DNA of 64,000 bases from Octopus sinensis (lineage: Eukaryota): positions 33,728,001 through 33,792,000 of the forward strand of contig NC_043017.1 of NCBI RefSeq assembly GCF_006345805.1. The letters run 5' to 3'. Positions within the stretch are counted from its first letter, which is position 1, and every line of letters begins with the position of its first letter. The translations under genes and the position numbers were made by a program. The notes below the pieces were generated by a model that was not told the origin of the DNA, ran no database searches, and worked only from the letters and a program-made list of their open reading frames with translations. Positions 24,432 through 37,342 of this stretch are shown in pieces.

Positions 24432-25733
24432 CGAGGGGCGTTCAATAAGTAATGCTCCTGACCCTCTCGCACTTGCTTGATCTAGCTGAAAGTTTGCATG
24501 TGCAATTATCCATATCTCTATAGATTAAGTGAAAAATTACAGCTCTGAACTAATTGTGGTTTCTGATTTACAGGTGTTTGAACTGAGACAAGTGTGAAAT
24601 GGAGCTTGTTGAGTGTCGAGCAGTGATCCGGGTTTTGTATTTGAAAGGACGCACACTATGGGAGACTTTTGATGAAATGAAAGTAACTTATGGTGATGAT
24701 GCCCCATCATATGACCTTGTAAAACGCTGGCATCGTGAATTCAAACATGGTCGGAACTTTGTGGAAACAGCTCCCAGATCTGGTCAGCCCCCTTCTGCCA
24801 TTGATGAGACATCTGTCCGTCAAGTTGAGGCTGCCATTCTGGAAGATCGACGCATAACTATTCGCTAAATAGCCCATGAGGTCAAGATTAGTACCGGATC
24901 TGTGGAAACTATCATTCATGATCATTTGCATATGCAAAAGGTGTCTGCCAGATGGATTCCCAGGTTTCTCACACCTTTCCAGAAGCAAAAACGTGTCGAG
25001 TGCTCGAGGATGAATTTGGATATGTGCCAAGAAGATGAGTCAAAATCTTTCAAAAGACTGGTTACACAGCAGGAAACCTGGGCCCATCACTATGATCCAG
25101 AGACCAAATCCCAGTCAATGCAGTGGAAGAACTGTGATTCACCTCCTCCAAAGTAGGCAAGGGTGCAGCCCTCCGCTGGCAAGGTCATGCTCACAGACTT
25201 CTGGGACCAAGACGGAGTAGTGATGACAGATTTCCTGGCAAAGGGTACCACAATTACAGGAGCCTATTAAGCTTCACTTTTGAGGAGATTAAGAGAAGCT
25301 ATCAAAATGAAGAGGCGGGGCAAGATCAGCAAAGGCATCCTCCTCATGCAGGACAACGCACCGGTCCACAACTCGCATGTCGCCAGATAAGAAGCGCAGG
25401 CGTGCGGCCAAGAACTCTTCCCCCCATCTCCCCTGCTCTCCTGACCTTGCACTCCCTGATTTTCCCTCTTCCCAGTCATGAAGTGTTTTTGAAAGAAAGC
25501 GTTTTCCAGATGATGCAGCCTGATTTGAAGACGTCACGGATTTAAGTCGTCGTTTGTGGAGGACCAAGCTAGGGTCTTCTACAAAAACGGTTCGAGAGCT
25601 GCATCAAACGATGGGAGAAATGCGTAACTCTGGGTATTTTTCTATGCTGAAAAAGACTAATAACTGTGCCAAGTTTCGTTGCTCTACTTCTATGGGAAGT
25701 CGGTCAGGGGCATTACTTATTGAACGCCCCTCG
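24432..25733 (+). mobile_element. Full-length (1302 bp) mariner with a pseudogenised transposase
   Basis: 32-bp TIR CGAGGGGCGTTCAATAAGTAATGC(T/C)CCTGACC, TA flanks; ATG 24599 MELVECRAVIR...WIPRFL...QDNAPVH...CSPDL; in-frame stops; first catalytic motif reads LVTQQETW. Confidence 0.95.
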
Positions 25734-25807
25734 TATATATGGTAATGCAGGCAGTAGTAGTAGTAGCAGTAGTAGTAGTAGTAGTAGTAGTATAGCAGCA
25801 GCAGCAA

Positions 25808-26135
25808 GTGGAGGCGCAACGGCCCAATGATTACGGCAGCGGACTCGCGGTCAGTGGATCGCGGTTTCGATTCTCAGACCGGGCGTTGTGTGTGTTTATT
25901 GAGCGAAAACACCTAAAGTTCCACCTGCTGTACTCTTTCGCCCCAACTTTCTCTCATTCTTTCTTCCTGTTTCTTATCCCCAACTTCTTACGCAACCGCT
26001 GAGCCTGGATGCCCATTCATCCATCCATCGATGCTCTCGGTGTCGGGGGTTGACCTGCTTTCTTTTCTGCGGTTCTTACGAATAGCAAAAGGACCACGTT
26101 TCGGACTTCTCCCATTTTGCAAGCTATGGGACGAA
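25808..26135 (+). mobile_element. SINE family 2 head with a third, different tail (type C)
   Basis: Head matches 13246 and 30996; sequence after TTCCTGTTTCTT differs from tails A and B; 3' limit approximate. Confidence 0.65.
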
Positions 26136-26404
26136 GACCGTCCACTCAACAGCAACAGCAGCAACATCAACAGCAGCAGCAACAGCATTAATGTTTGTGG
26201 TCGTTGCTCTGCTGTTATCATTCACACCATTAGAAACGGAGTTAGTTGTTTAAGCAGTGGTTGTAGTAGTGACGGTGTAAAAGTTAGAAGCCTTAGATGT
26301 AATGACACTGTTTTCTTTCTCTTCATTATTAGGGGTGGGATTAGCGGCTGAAGCAGCAGTGACATTAATAGTAACAGAAATAGTAATAGGTAGTAGGTAG
26401 CATC

Positions 26405-26890
26405 AGCAAGTGGTCAGTGTGGGAACATCCGCCCGTTGTGGGGTGTTGCTTCATCCACCACTTGTTAGCACTTTCTCGAGTCGTCCCGGGAAATACTATG
26501 AACATAGTCCCAGTCAGGTCCCATGTGAGCGAGATACTTCCTCACTGCCGTGACCATCAGGCATGTGGCCGACCAACACGAGCTGTAACGCCAGTCGGAT
26601 TCTCATGAACGAGAACAAGATAACGCAGGACCCAACACGGAAAGTCGAGCAACATGACCAAACAGCCTGAGTTTATGCTACTAAGTAACATGACGCATCC
26701 CAGTTCCTGAGTATGGTCATTGGTTGGATACAAAATGTGACCAATGGCTGCGCATAATTCTGCGAAGCGCCCTGTTACCAAAGGAGTTCACGCGGCTCTT
26801 AATTCTACCTGGCAGAGTCCAAGTGTTTCAACAGTGAGTACCAGAGACTTCATGACTCGAAATTTTGTCCTGCTCAGATATCGGCAGCGC

Positions 26891-26892
<2 letters not shown>
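26405..26892 (-). mobile_element. RTE-clade LINE 3' end (post-RT C-terminus), decayed
   Basis: CRYLSRTKFRVMKSLVL...FGNRALRRIM..HWSHFVSNQ...LRLFGHVARL...GRPHA. Confidence 0.85.
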
Positions 26893-26926
<34 letters not shown>

Positions 26927-26941
26927 TTCTCTCTCCCTCTC

Positions 26942-26972
<31 letters not shown>

Positions 26973-27022
26973 TTACTTCTCTCTCCCTCTTTCCTTCTCT
27001 CTCTCTCTCTCTGTATATATAT

Positions 27023-27078
<56 letters not shown>

Positions 27079-27130
27079 ATTATGTATGTATGCATGTACG
27101 CATGTGTATCTCTTTTTTTCTTTTTCTTTT

Positions 27131-27530
27131 ATTTTCTTTTTACTTGTTTCAGTCATTTTGACTGCGGCCATGCTGGAGCACCGCCTTTAATCGAGCAACT
27201 CGACCCCGGGACCTATTCTTTGTAAGCCCAGTACTTATTCTATCAGTCTCTTTTGCCGAACCGCTAAGTGACGGGGACATAAACACACCAGCATCGGTTG
27301 TCAAGCAATGCTAGGGGGACAAACACAGACACACAAACATACACGCACATACATATATAAATACATATACATATATACGACGGGCTTCTTTCAGTTTCCA
27401 TCTACCAAATCCGCTCACAAGGCTTTGGTCGGCCCGAGGCTATAGTAGAAGACACTTGCCCAAGATGCCACGCAGTGGGACTGAACCCGGACCATGTGGC
27501 TGGTAAACACGCTACTTACCACACAGCCAC
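27131..27530 (-). mobile_element. SINE family 1
   Basis: Colinear with the family consensus. Confidence 0.85.
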
Positions 27531-27674
27531 ATATATATATAACAATATAATATATATATAATAATATATATATATATATTGATAAAACGGTAAGATAACA
27601 AAGAAAGAAAGAGACCTAATATTATGTAAATAGAGGAAATTATCTATACAATATGTTACATTACTCGGTAGTCA

Positions 27675-27736
27675 AGATAAAACTCTGAGTTTCAGATGCC
27701 GAAGGGAAATCCACAACACCATCTCTTCGGTTATCT
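27675..27736 (-). ncRNA. HHR-like motif (U4C core variant) in a short (TA)n-flanked insert
   Basis: AGATAA CCGAAGA GATG...CATC T GAAAC TCAGA GTT TTATCT: 6-bp stem I, 4-bp stem II. Confidence 0.5.
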
Positions 27737-28408
27737 GGCTATATATATATATATATATATATATTAATTGTTATATTTCGGAATGGTCATTTGCCAGTTT
27801 AGCCAATATATATATGTATGTATGTATATGTGTGTGTGTATGTATGTATGTATGTATGATGTATGTATGTATGTATGTATGTATGTATGTATGTATGTAT
27901 GTATGTATGTATGTATGTATGTATGTATGTATGTATGTATGTATACTGAATGATATTTGTATCATAATTCATTTCAGTGACTGAAAAAAATGAGTGCTAT
28001 AGAAAGAGACACTTGACTTGATTCAGGCTTCGGAAGATAAAGAAGGCAGAGCTGCATACGTAATGAAAGACATAGATAAGAAAGACGCTTCAGTTGAGTG
28101 TAAAATATTCAGTAAAAAAGAATAGATATTTGTACGTATAATCTCTGAGCGTAAATTCCTTTCTAAGAGGATCGCTTGGAACTGGAGAAATGATAATTAA
28201 CTACAACCATATATTAGCAAATCCGTTTTACAAACCTAGAGAATGGTCTGAGCAAAAAATATACATTCTCGAAGAATCGCTATTGAAAATGTGGCGTATT
28301 TTGCAATAGCTTTCTTCATCTGATGGCCTGTTGTTTATACAGAAATAAGAAAGTACATCAACTCTGCTTGTTATTTGCAACGACCTCTTTCTTTTCATAT
28401 CAGCCAAA

Positions 28409-28623
28409 AAGGCGGCAAGCTGACTGAATCGTTTACACGCCGGACAAAATACTTAGCGACATTGCGTCTGTCCTGTCTTTACGAATCTTAGTTCAACTGC
28501 TGCCGAAGTCGACATTGCCTTTCATCCTTTCAAATTCGATAAAATAAGTACCAGTTACGCACTGGGTTCGATATAACCGACTCATTCCCGTTCCCGGAGT
28601 CACTGTCCTGGCGGCAAAGTTTG
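28409..28623 (+). mobile_element. SINE family 3
   Basis: AAGGCGGCAAGCTG...GATAAAATAAGTACCAGTTACGCACTGGG. Confidence 0.75.
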
Positions 28624-29914
28624 CCGGAAAAGACAGAACACAATCAGTAAAAGGGGAATCAAGATCTTTCCTGTTTTCATCTACCAGTTGTTATCTTCTG
28701 TTGGATAATAACGCCACCCAACAAATACCACCCTCATAGTTTGATTCCTGCTTCTCCACCTCCTCTCAGAACTTTTCTTGAGAATTAGTTTGTATCCTTT
28801 CTACACTAATCTGGGCAAATTTGTGCATTCTAATGCCTATTTTGCACGATTGCTTGGAATAATCTTTTTGCTGTTTCATATACTTCTTTCAAACGTCTCT
28901 TTACAGAGTACATACTCTCTGCGTCACTATCATTCAAAATAAACACAGCGGGATCTATGAGGAACAGTGAGTATAAAATTGAAACCACGACTATAGTTGT
29001 GGTTGTCATAAACGATGCATAGCCGTATCAAAGAAATTGTCAGAAGCATTTGCTCGTTGACGTAATTTTAGTTAACAGCCAACTCTCCCTCCAAAAATAA
29101 TTGCATCGAAAGCGTGTTCATATGAAAAGCGGATATTTTGGATGCCGACATTTTGGATAAAACAATATCCATTCGTCTTACCGAAAACATACTCAAGAGC
29201 GAATAACTGAGTGTCTTATTTTTATTTAACCCTTGAATGAAATTCAGGTTCACATTGCCATCAAACTTCCTGAGAAGCTAAAAGAGCACGGAATAGGTAA
29301 GTTTTCAGTGAGGGCAAGAAGTAGTCAAAATGCGGCAGCCATCGCATCTCAACATGTACACCCTGCCAGAAAATATTCTCTAAACAAGAGAACTTTTTTT
29401 TCTCCATATACGAAGACATTTCCGAGCTTTGAACATCCTATTATATCTCTTCTGGAAATGCAATATGCCAGCTTTCTATATGACCACTTATTGACTGCAC
29501 ATATTGATGGTTTATGAAGTATAAGCTGTCACAAACTTTGGGTCACTACAATATTGTAATTACTCATTCTTGGAATATAACCAAACCAAAGGTGTAAATA
29601 TCTCACTACCCATATGTGCAAGTCAGGACAAGGACATTTTACACAAGGTGATGTAACATAGGAAATAGATGGTCAAGTGCATAACAATAAAGTATTACTT
29701 ATAACATATTTGAGCGACAGTCTGTTACGAACTAACATTGTCCACAATATTTTGCTTCAAGTGGTAAATTTAAAGCCAGATCTCCACCCTCACACATGAA
29801 GGTCACATGTGCAGTCAAGGCTTTTGTAAAGATGTACTCGAAGCGAGACACTTCCTAATTATAATCATTTTGTACAACTTCTAAAGCCTCACTCAAATTT
29901 ATTAACACAAATCT

Positions 29915-30060
29915 TTATACAGGCAACTTTATACCTGATGAAGAGCGTAAGCTCGAAACGTAAAATACTTTCTCACTTTCCCGAGCGTCAAACGAATACA
30001 CCTACCAGTGAATGAACACTTGTCTTCACCTTTTGTTTTTCTGTAAATTTCAACTGCATA
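29915..30060 (+). mobile_element. PLE-type pLTR fragment related to family X, with an HHR-like core
   Basis: CTGATGA A GAGC GTAA GCTC GAAAC GT; stem I not intact. Confidence 0.45.
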
Positions 30061-30613
30061 TAAATATAAATTCCTACCCATCACACATATAAATAAAATT
30101 AATATAGACCCGTTATATTTGTGCTTTTGCTTATCTACTCAATTATTTTATTACTTCATTTTTCTATTCATTTATTTTCCTATTTCACAGTATTGAACAT
30201 TAGTGTAGGAAAAATCTAAAAGAAAAAAAATTCAAATGGGATCGAAAGATTATTTACAAGTCTAAATCTAAACAACATGGATTACTTCCCTTCAACGATC
30301 TATTTCTCCTTTGTTTTATTTTTATGATTTTATCCCCATTGAACCTATGCGTATAGACATTTGTATAAAAAACAATCTAAAAGAGGAAAAAACAACGCAA
30401 ACGTGAACGAAATTTTATTTACACGTCTAAAGAGTCTGGACTACTTCCGTTCGACCATCTATTTCTCTTTTTTCTTCCTGTTTATTATGATTTTATTCAT
30501 TCTAATAAAGTGTTGCTTGTATAATACATACTATTATAGCACTATTAACACACCTATGCGAGACATGAAGCAATGCAATATGCTAAACATGTGCTCCACG
30601 TCTGGTGACTATA

Positions 30614-30996
30614 GGAGCACTCCGTCGGTTGCGACGATGAGGGTCCCAGCTGATACGATCAACGGAACAGCTTGCTCGTGATATTAACGTGCAAGTGGCT
30701 GAGCACTCCACAGACACGTGTACCTTTAACGTAGTTCTCGAGGAGATTCAGCGTGACACAGAGTGTGACAAGGCTGGCCCTTTGAAATACAGATACAAGA
30801 GAAACAGGAAGTAAGAGCGAGAGAAAGTTGTGGTGAAAGAGTACAGCAGGGTTCACCACTACCCCCTGCCGGAGCCTCGTGGAGCTTTAGGTGTTTTCGC
30901 TGACAATAAACACTGACAATGCCCGGTCTGGGAATCGAAACCGCGATCCTATGACCGCGAGTCCGCTGCCCTAACCACTGGGCCATTGCGCCTCCA
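30614..30996 (-). mobile_element. SINE family 2, tail type B, flanked by an 87-bp direct repeat
   Basis: Head ...GGGCCATTGCGCCTCC; direct repeats at 30527-30613 and 30999-31085 with 3 mismatches. Confidence 0.9.
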
Positions 30997-31879
30997 CCCA
31001 TACTATTATAGCACTATTAACACACCTATGCGAGACATGAAGCAATGCAATATGCTAAACTTGTGCTCCAAGTCTGGTAACTATAATGCAAATGTAGCGC
31101 GGTAAAAACGTTGATACAGTATATCTCTTCTCCAAACCGTAACCTGAAAGATTCAAATACGAAAATGTGTACTCTCAGAAGAATACAATAATTCAGTAGA
31201 CAAAATATGATTTTCCTTATCGTTATTACTTATTTCTATATCAGAAAACATTTTATTGATTACATAATATATTAATATCGGTTGTTCATTAACGTACTTT
31301 GAATTTTTTCTTATGTTATATGTAAATAATATGGCTTCATTCCATTTTAATGTATATTACCTATAATATCTACAGTGTATATAAATTTAACCTTGTTTAC
31401 TTATTTCTATAACATTAACTATATCTGATGTAAACTTTTCTACCAGACGTTTGTTTAAATAATGATCTCTCGTATAATTTACTCGGAAATATTTAATTAA
31501 ACATCATGGCCCATTTAATGTTTATATATGTGTGTGTGAGCATGTGCTTCTGTGTGTGTGTATGTGTGTATCTGTGTGTGTATATCTGTATGTGCGTGTG
31601 TGTGTGTGTCTGTTTGTGTGAATATAAATGTACTTACATTACTATATTTTTCGTCACTTCATATTTAAATTTCATTTCACAATAAAATATAACACATATA
31701 TCATTTGATGAAATACTAACGGATTTAAAGCACACTAAGCAACAAGGTTTCTTTTTCTTTTTGCTTGTTTTACATATATTAACTTACATTAGTGTATATT
31801 CATCAGAGTATTTTCAGACAATTATATACTTATCTGAAACATGTACCCAGTCGTTGAACAGATTCATTGCAGACATGAG

Positions 31880-32270
31880 GCGCATAGCATATCACATCCT
31901 AATTAAAGCAACAGCAGAATGCCTGGATACCAAGCTTGCGGACTTGTCCAGAATGAGAGAGATCGCATCTCATTAACGCGTATCCAGAGTTCTTCCTTTT
32001 GAGGAATTGCTTTGTTTTGCCTACGATACTCTTTTCGCGACGCAGCGCGCCAGGTTACCCTCTCACAGACCGCTTCAGTGAAATTGATGACGCCATCCAG
32101 CACTTTTGCTGAACGGATTTACAATGTCAGTTTTGACAGTGCCAGCTGGCAACAGGTAAAACTGCTTATTAAATTCCATGATTTTCTCCTACGGTCCATA
32201 TTGGACCTGGCTCTGCTGACCTATCTTTCTTCGGCCTTCTCACTGTGTCAGACACCTCATTCATAATATG
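31880..32270 (+). mobile_element. CRE/SLACS-like non-LTR retrotransposon RT-thumb remnant
   Basis: FFLLRNCFVLP..LFSRRSAP...IDDAI, then frameshift to ASWQQVKLLIKF...LRSILDLAL..YLSSA. Confidence 0.65.
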
Positions 32271-32542
32271 TGGTAAATGTGTGTGCAACAGGCCCTCCCA
32301 TTGCTCCAGCCTGTTCGTGAAATTAAAAAGCAGCATAATACAGAATTTGACAAGGCTGGCCTTTTGAATTACATGTACAGCTCGTTCTTTTTCCAGATGA
32401 ATGAACTGGAAAATCATGAAATGAAGTGACTTGTTCAAGGACACAACCCCAGTTCTGAGAATCAAACAGGTAACCTAAACATCATTAGGAGGTTCTCCAT
32501 ACAATCTATTACACCAAACACATTCACAGTAAAATAAAATAT

Positions 32543-32766
32543 ATTTCTTTATTGCCCACAAGGGGCTAAGCATAGAGAGGACAAACAAAGACAGACAAAG
32601 GGATTAAGTCGATTACATCGACCCCAGTGCGTAACTGGTATTTCATTTATCGACCCCGAAATGATGAAAGGCAAAGTCGACCTCGGCGGAATTTGAACTC
32701 AGAACGTAACGGCAGACGAAATACGGCTACGCATTTCGCCCGGCGTGCTAACGATTCTGCCAGCTC
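32543..32766 (-). mobile_element. SINE family 3, young copy
   Basis: Nearly identical to 58626-58833. Confidence 0.85.
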
Positions 32767-34458
32767 AGAAACAATAGACGCAGGCTCGGGTGTGTGGTTA
32801 GGAAGCTTGCTTAGCAGTCATATAGATTGGAATGGTCTACTGTATATTCTGCTATAAATTTAGGCCGATTAAAGATTGTGTGGGTGAACTCGGTAGACGA
32901 AAACTATGTGACAGCTCATTCTTTGTGTGTGTGTGTGTGTGTGTGTGTTTATGCCTTTCATACTTCCGGAGCATTATATTGCAAAGCACTCTGTGCGTGC
33001 CAGTAGATTCGATATTTTATTGCTGATACCAGGGTCCAGGCTCCTAATCACAATGAAGAGTGCGATGAAAGCAACACGTGTCTGTTTCGTTGCCAAGTCT
33101 TGCGTCAAGAAAGAATTAAAATAAACGAGTGGACGTCCAACCCCTACGCTGCCGAGTAACGACCTTTTCAACATGAAATGGATCCTTCCACTACAATGAA
33201 AAATTTTTTAATTATTTCACACACAAAAACTCACACTCACACACTCACATACATACACATACATTCACACACATACACACACAAGAATATACACACGCTG
33301 CACTCACCCAAAGAACTAAACACATAGCCATAATGTATTATATATATATATAATTACACATATATATATATATATATACATACACATATAGTTATCTTTT
33401 AAGTGTTGCGTTGTGTCAACAGATTTGTACTTAAAATTCCCTCATTTCTAATCAAAACGTGCTAGTTACTATGGTGACAACAATATCTATCTATTTATCT
33501 GTCTTTTTGTTTATCTATCTATCTTTCATACACACACACACATACTCTCTCTCTCTCTCTCTCTCTTTCTCTTTCACTGTATTTCTCTCTCAACAACAAC
33601 TTTACCCTCCCCTTCTCTTCTCACCTTCTTACCTCCTAAATATTCGTTGTATCAAGGGTGACTGTTGACTCCTCCATGTCTTCCATCTCTCTACACATAC
33701 GTTGTTACGTACATACAGAGATCAGTTTCTCTTTTATAATATAATGTGTATAATAACAGTTATCGTTCATCCGAATGACTTGAGCATGTTTCTACGTTTT
33801 TGTCGATGGCGTGGTCACTCATATGGTTTCAGGTTGCCAGGCTATTATGAACGAGGCCAAGCTCTGAGGTGTATATTTATTAGTGGGACCAGGACAAAAA
33901 AAGCACATGAAGAGCAAAGGCTCCCTTTTAGTTTCCTACGGGTAAGTCAAATAATAAGTCTGTTTTCCTTTTCTAAGAAGTAGCGATAATGTAAAATAGA
34001 AGTGTCTAACGTTCATAAATTTTCAGGTATCGAGGTTGCTAATTACTGTAATTTACCTCCTGTAGAAGTCAATACCTCATTCTCACTAACGCAAAACTAG
34101 TCGATAACAGAGACTGTGCCCTGACATTGTTACGATCCTGAAGCTCTTTGCTATCGCAGTTAATGGTAGCGAGAATACAGTCACGGATTTTGACAAAATG
34201 ATGCCAGAATCTCATCATCTACCAGAGCAAACACTGGCAGAAATCATCTTACTAGAATACTTGACACAACTTAGAGACTCTAGTTGATACATGGTGACCT
34301 AAATATTCTCATCCAGACGACAACCAGAGTTTCTTTTAAATCTTCTCCGCCAAAATTACGAATATATGAAGTAGGTTTTATATACATACATGCGTATATA
34401 TATATTATATATATATATATTATATATATATATATATATTATATATATATATATATAT

Positions 34459-34492
<34 letters not shown>

Positions 34493-34493
<1 letters not shown>

Positions 34494-34790
34494 TTAGAAA
34501 TAAACACCTTTTATCAATTCAAAATGAACAATTAAATCACACCATCTAGAAAATTACATATAATAGAAATATTAAAAAATTAATATTATTATTTTATTTT
34601 TTATATTTCTATTATATGTAATTTTCTAGATGGTGTGATTTAATTGTTCATTTTGAATTAATAAAAGGTTTTTTTTACTAATTTTTATATATATATATTA
34701 TATTTTGTGAAATTTGATTTAGTATTTCTAAATTGAATTTTTCCCTGTAAGTTAGAAATAATATTCCCTCAAATTATTATTATATATATA
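34493..34790. repeat. ~190-bp fold-back plus ~100-nt tail between microsatellites
   Basis: Arms CCTTTTATCAATTC...GAAATAT / ATATTTC...ATAAAAGG; tail resembles that of 50468 and 61391. Confidence 0.75.
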
Positions 34791-34796
34791 TATATA

Positions 34797-34838
<42 letters not shown>

Positions 34839-35090
34839 CACGTGTGTGTGTACGTGTATATGTGTGTATGTGTACAAGTGTAGGCATGTGTGTGTGGTTT
34901 TATGAGCGCTAGTAGCTCTACGGAGAGAGAGTATAACTATATATGCACAGAATTATTCTGATCACATACCACACGTAAGAGGGAATCAAATATAAAGAAA
35001 TTGTTTCTGTGTTTACAAAAATGACGTGAAATCAATTTATGACATATATAAGTGTTTGTATGTGTGTGCTCTCGCGTGTGTGGGTCCTTG

Positions 35091-35172
<82 letters not shown>

Positions 35173-35279
35173 TACATATAGATATATAGATAGATAGATA
35201 GATAGATTGATAGATAGATATAGATATATTAAATGATATACGTCGAACTGAATGCATGTATACAACTTATATATGAATT

Positions 35280-35313
<34 letters not shown>

Positions 35314-35982
35314 TATATACATACATATATACACACACGTATGTTCATGTATGATGTGATTTTTTTCCTGTATGCGAAGCTAATCAATATTCACATTCAA
35401 GTATATATTCAGCAGACGCTTAACAGTATTCACCTATATACATATATTCATAAGGATATTATCATTTAAATTTACATAGAAATTAAATCCCATGCTGTGC
35501 TAAAATTTTTGGGTTACGTGTATACATCCGTGTGTTTGCGTAATAGCTTTACATTTGTTGGCATACACATCCCGCAATTCAAAACCCTATTTTCGACGTT
35601 TTTGTGGTCTGCATTTTAATTTTTTGTTTACATGAAGCACGTGCCGGTATGCATTAGTGTATGTGTAGGTATAAGCTTTTTAATGTGTATGTGTGTGCGT
35701 CTATATGTTCGTTAATGTGTGTGAGTATGCTTTGATAAAATGCCGAATACATAAAAATATTTTCCTAATGTACTAATGCATAGATGCGCATAAATATACT
35801 TTGCATCTAATTATATATATTAGGATTCGTTTACAGTGTTACATCTATATGAAAATTGTGTAGGTGCAACTAAATGCCTGCAAGCAACCGCACACTCAGA
35901 AGAACGCTGACAAATTTTAACACTGAGAGACTTGTGCATCTGTGTACGTACATATATAATATATATACATATATACATATAT

Positions 35983-36028
<46 letters not shown>

Positions 36029-36065
36029 TATATTATATATATATATATATATATATGTATATGAA

Positions 36066-36175
36066 AACAGGTTTGTAGAAATTTCTGCTGATTTAAATAA
36101 AGCATATTACTCTACCACTGGTATTTGAGTACTCTTTTTTTCCACCTTGTTTCACATTTATGTGTTTACACCGGT
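36066..36175 (+). mobile_element. PLE-type 3' unit, same family as 53821-54003
   Basis: ACAGGTTTGTAGAAATTTCTGCTG...GTTTACACCGGT followed by (TA)n. Confidence 0.65.
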
Positions 36176-36197
36176 ATATATATATATAATATATATA

Positions 36198-36239
<42 letters not shown>

Positions 36240-36283
36240 GTATATGTATATATATACATACATATATATATATATATTCAAAA

Positions 36284-36486
36284 TGTGACCGCGTGTGTAC
36301 CGTTGGCGATTTTTTTTCCTCTGTCTTCCCTTCTCTGGATCTTTCCTTCTCCTATGTTTCCGACGAAGAGCTCCGCTCGAAACGTTAGACCCTCCTTCTT
36401 TCCTTCTTTCCTGACCGTCCAATAATACTATATTTGTTCCACGTCCTCACGTTGTTGTGTTTTCTTTTGTGCTTTCTTGTTTGGAT

Positions 36487-36491
<5 letters not shown>
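36284..36491 (+). mobile_element. Family X unit with a minimal HHR-like motif at 36356-36390
   Basis: GTTT CCGACGA A GAGC TCC GCTC GAAAC GTT AGAC. Confidence 0.75.
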
Positions 36492-36522
<31 letters not shown>

Positions 36523-36818
36523 GAGAGAGAGAGAGAGAGGGGAATGGAACTAACAGTAAAATGCCTGATAAGCCCCTACTTTCCGAGATACTGTGTATGT
36601 TAACATCTGATATGTGAAGCTAATAAAATTAACATTCACCCTAATGCTTCGGACTTATAGTGTAAGAGTACACAAGTACATATAAGCAATATACATGTTT
36701 ATAGATAGAGAAAGAGAGAGAGACACACGCATAATATAAATATGTATATCTGTGTCTGTGTATATACACAAGCATATATATATCATGCATATATATATAT
36801 ATATACATACATACATGC

Positions 36819-36857
<39 letters not shown>

Positions 36858-37342
36858 ACGTGCACGTAGATCAATCTATATTCAGTACATTGATAGGCAT
36901 TTAGATTTTCTCCTCCTCCTATGTTTATAGATTCGAGTGCCAAATGTCGGAAAATATAATCCAAACGGCTCGTATTTGTCTACTCGTTTGAGTAAATAAC
37001 AAAATATGCCATTAGGCAACTCGCTAGTGCAGATAAGATATCTGTCAGCAACTTTAGGGTTAAAACATTGTTGATTGCGTCAATTATAGTTAGTGGTAGG
37101 GCGATTTTAACTAGAAACAATTGATATAGGACGTCGCCAATATGTCTGATAATCAGTTTTAAAGTGGTGAGCAGAGCAACGTCCAATTTATTTAGCCTTC
37201 TTCCGCTTAACTGCTTCCTTGAGGGATCGAATGGATCGATGAATGAATTGGGTATTACTTAACGCTTGTGGTTCCGAAAGAACTCCATAAGTATTACATA
37301 GATATGAAAACCAATTCAAGTTAACTTAGATTTCTTATATTA

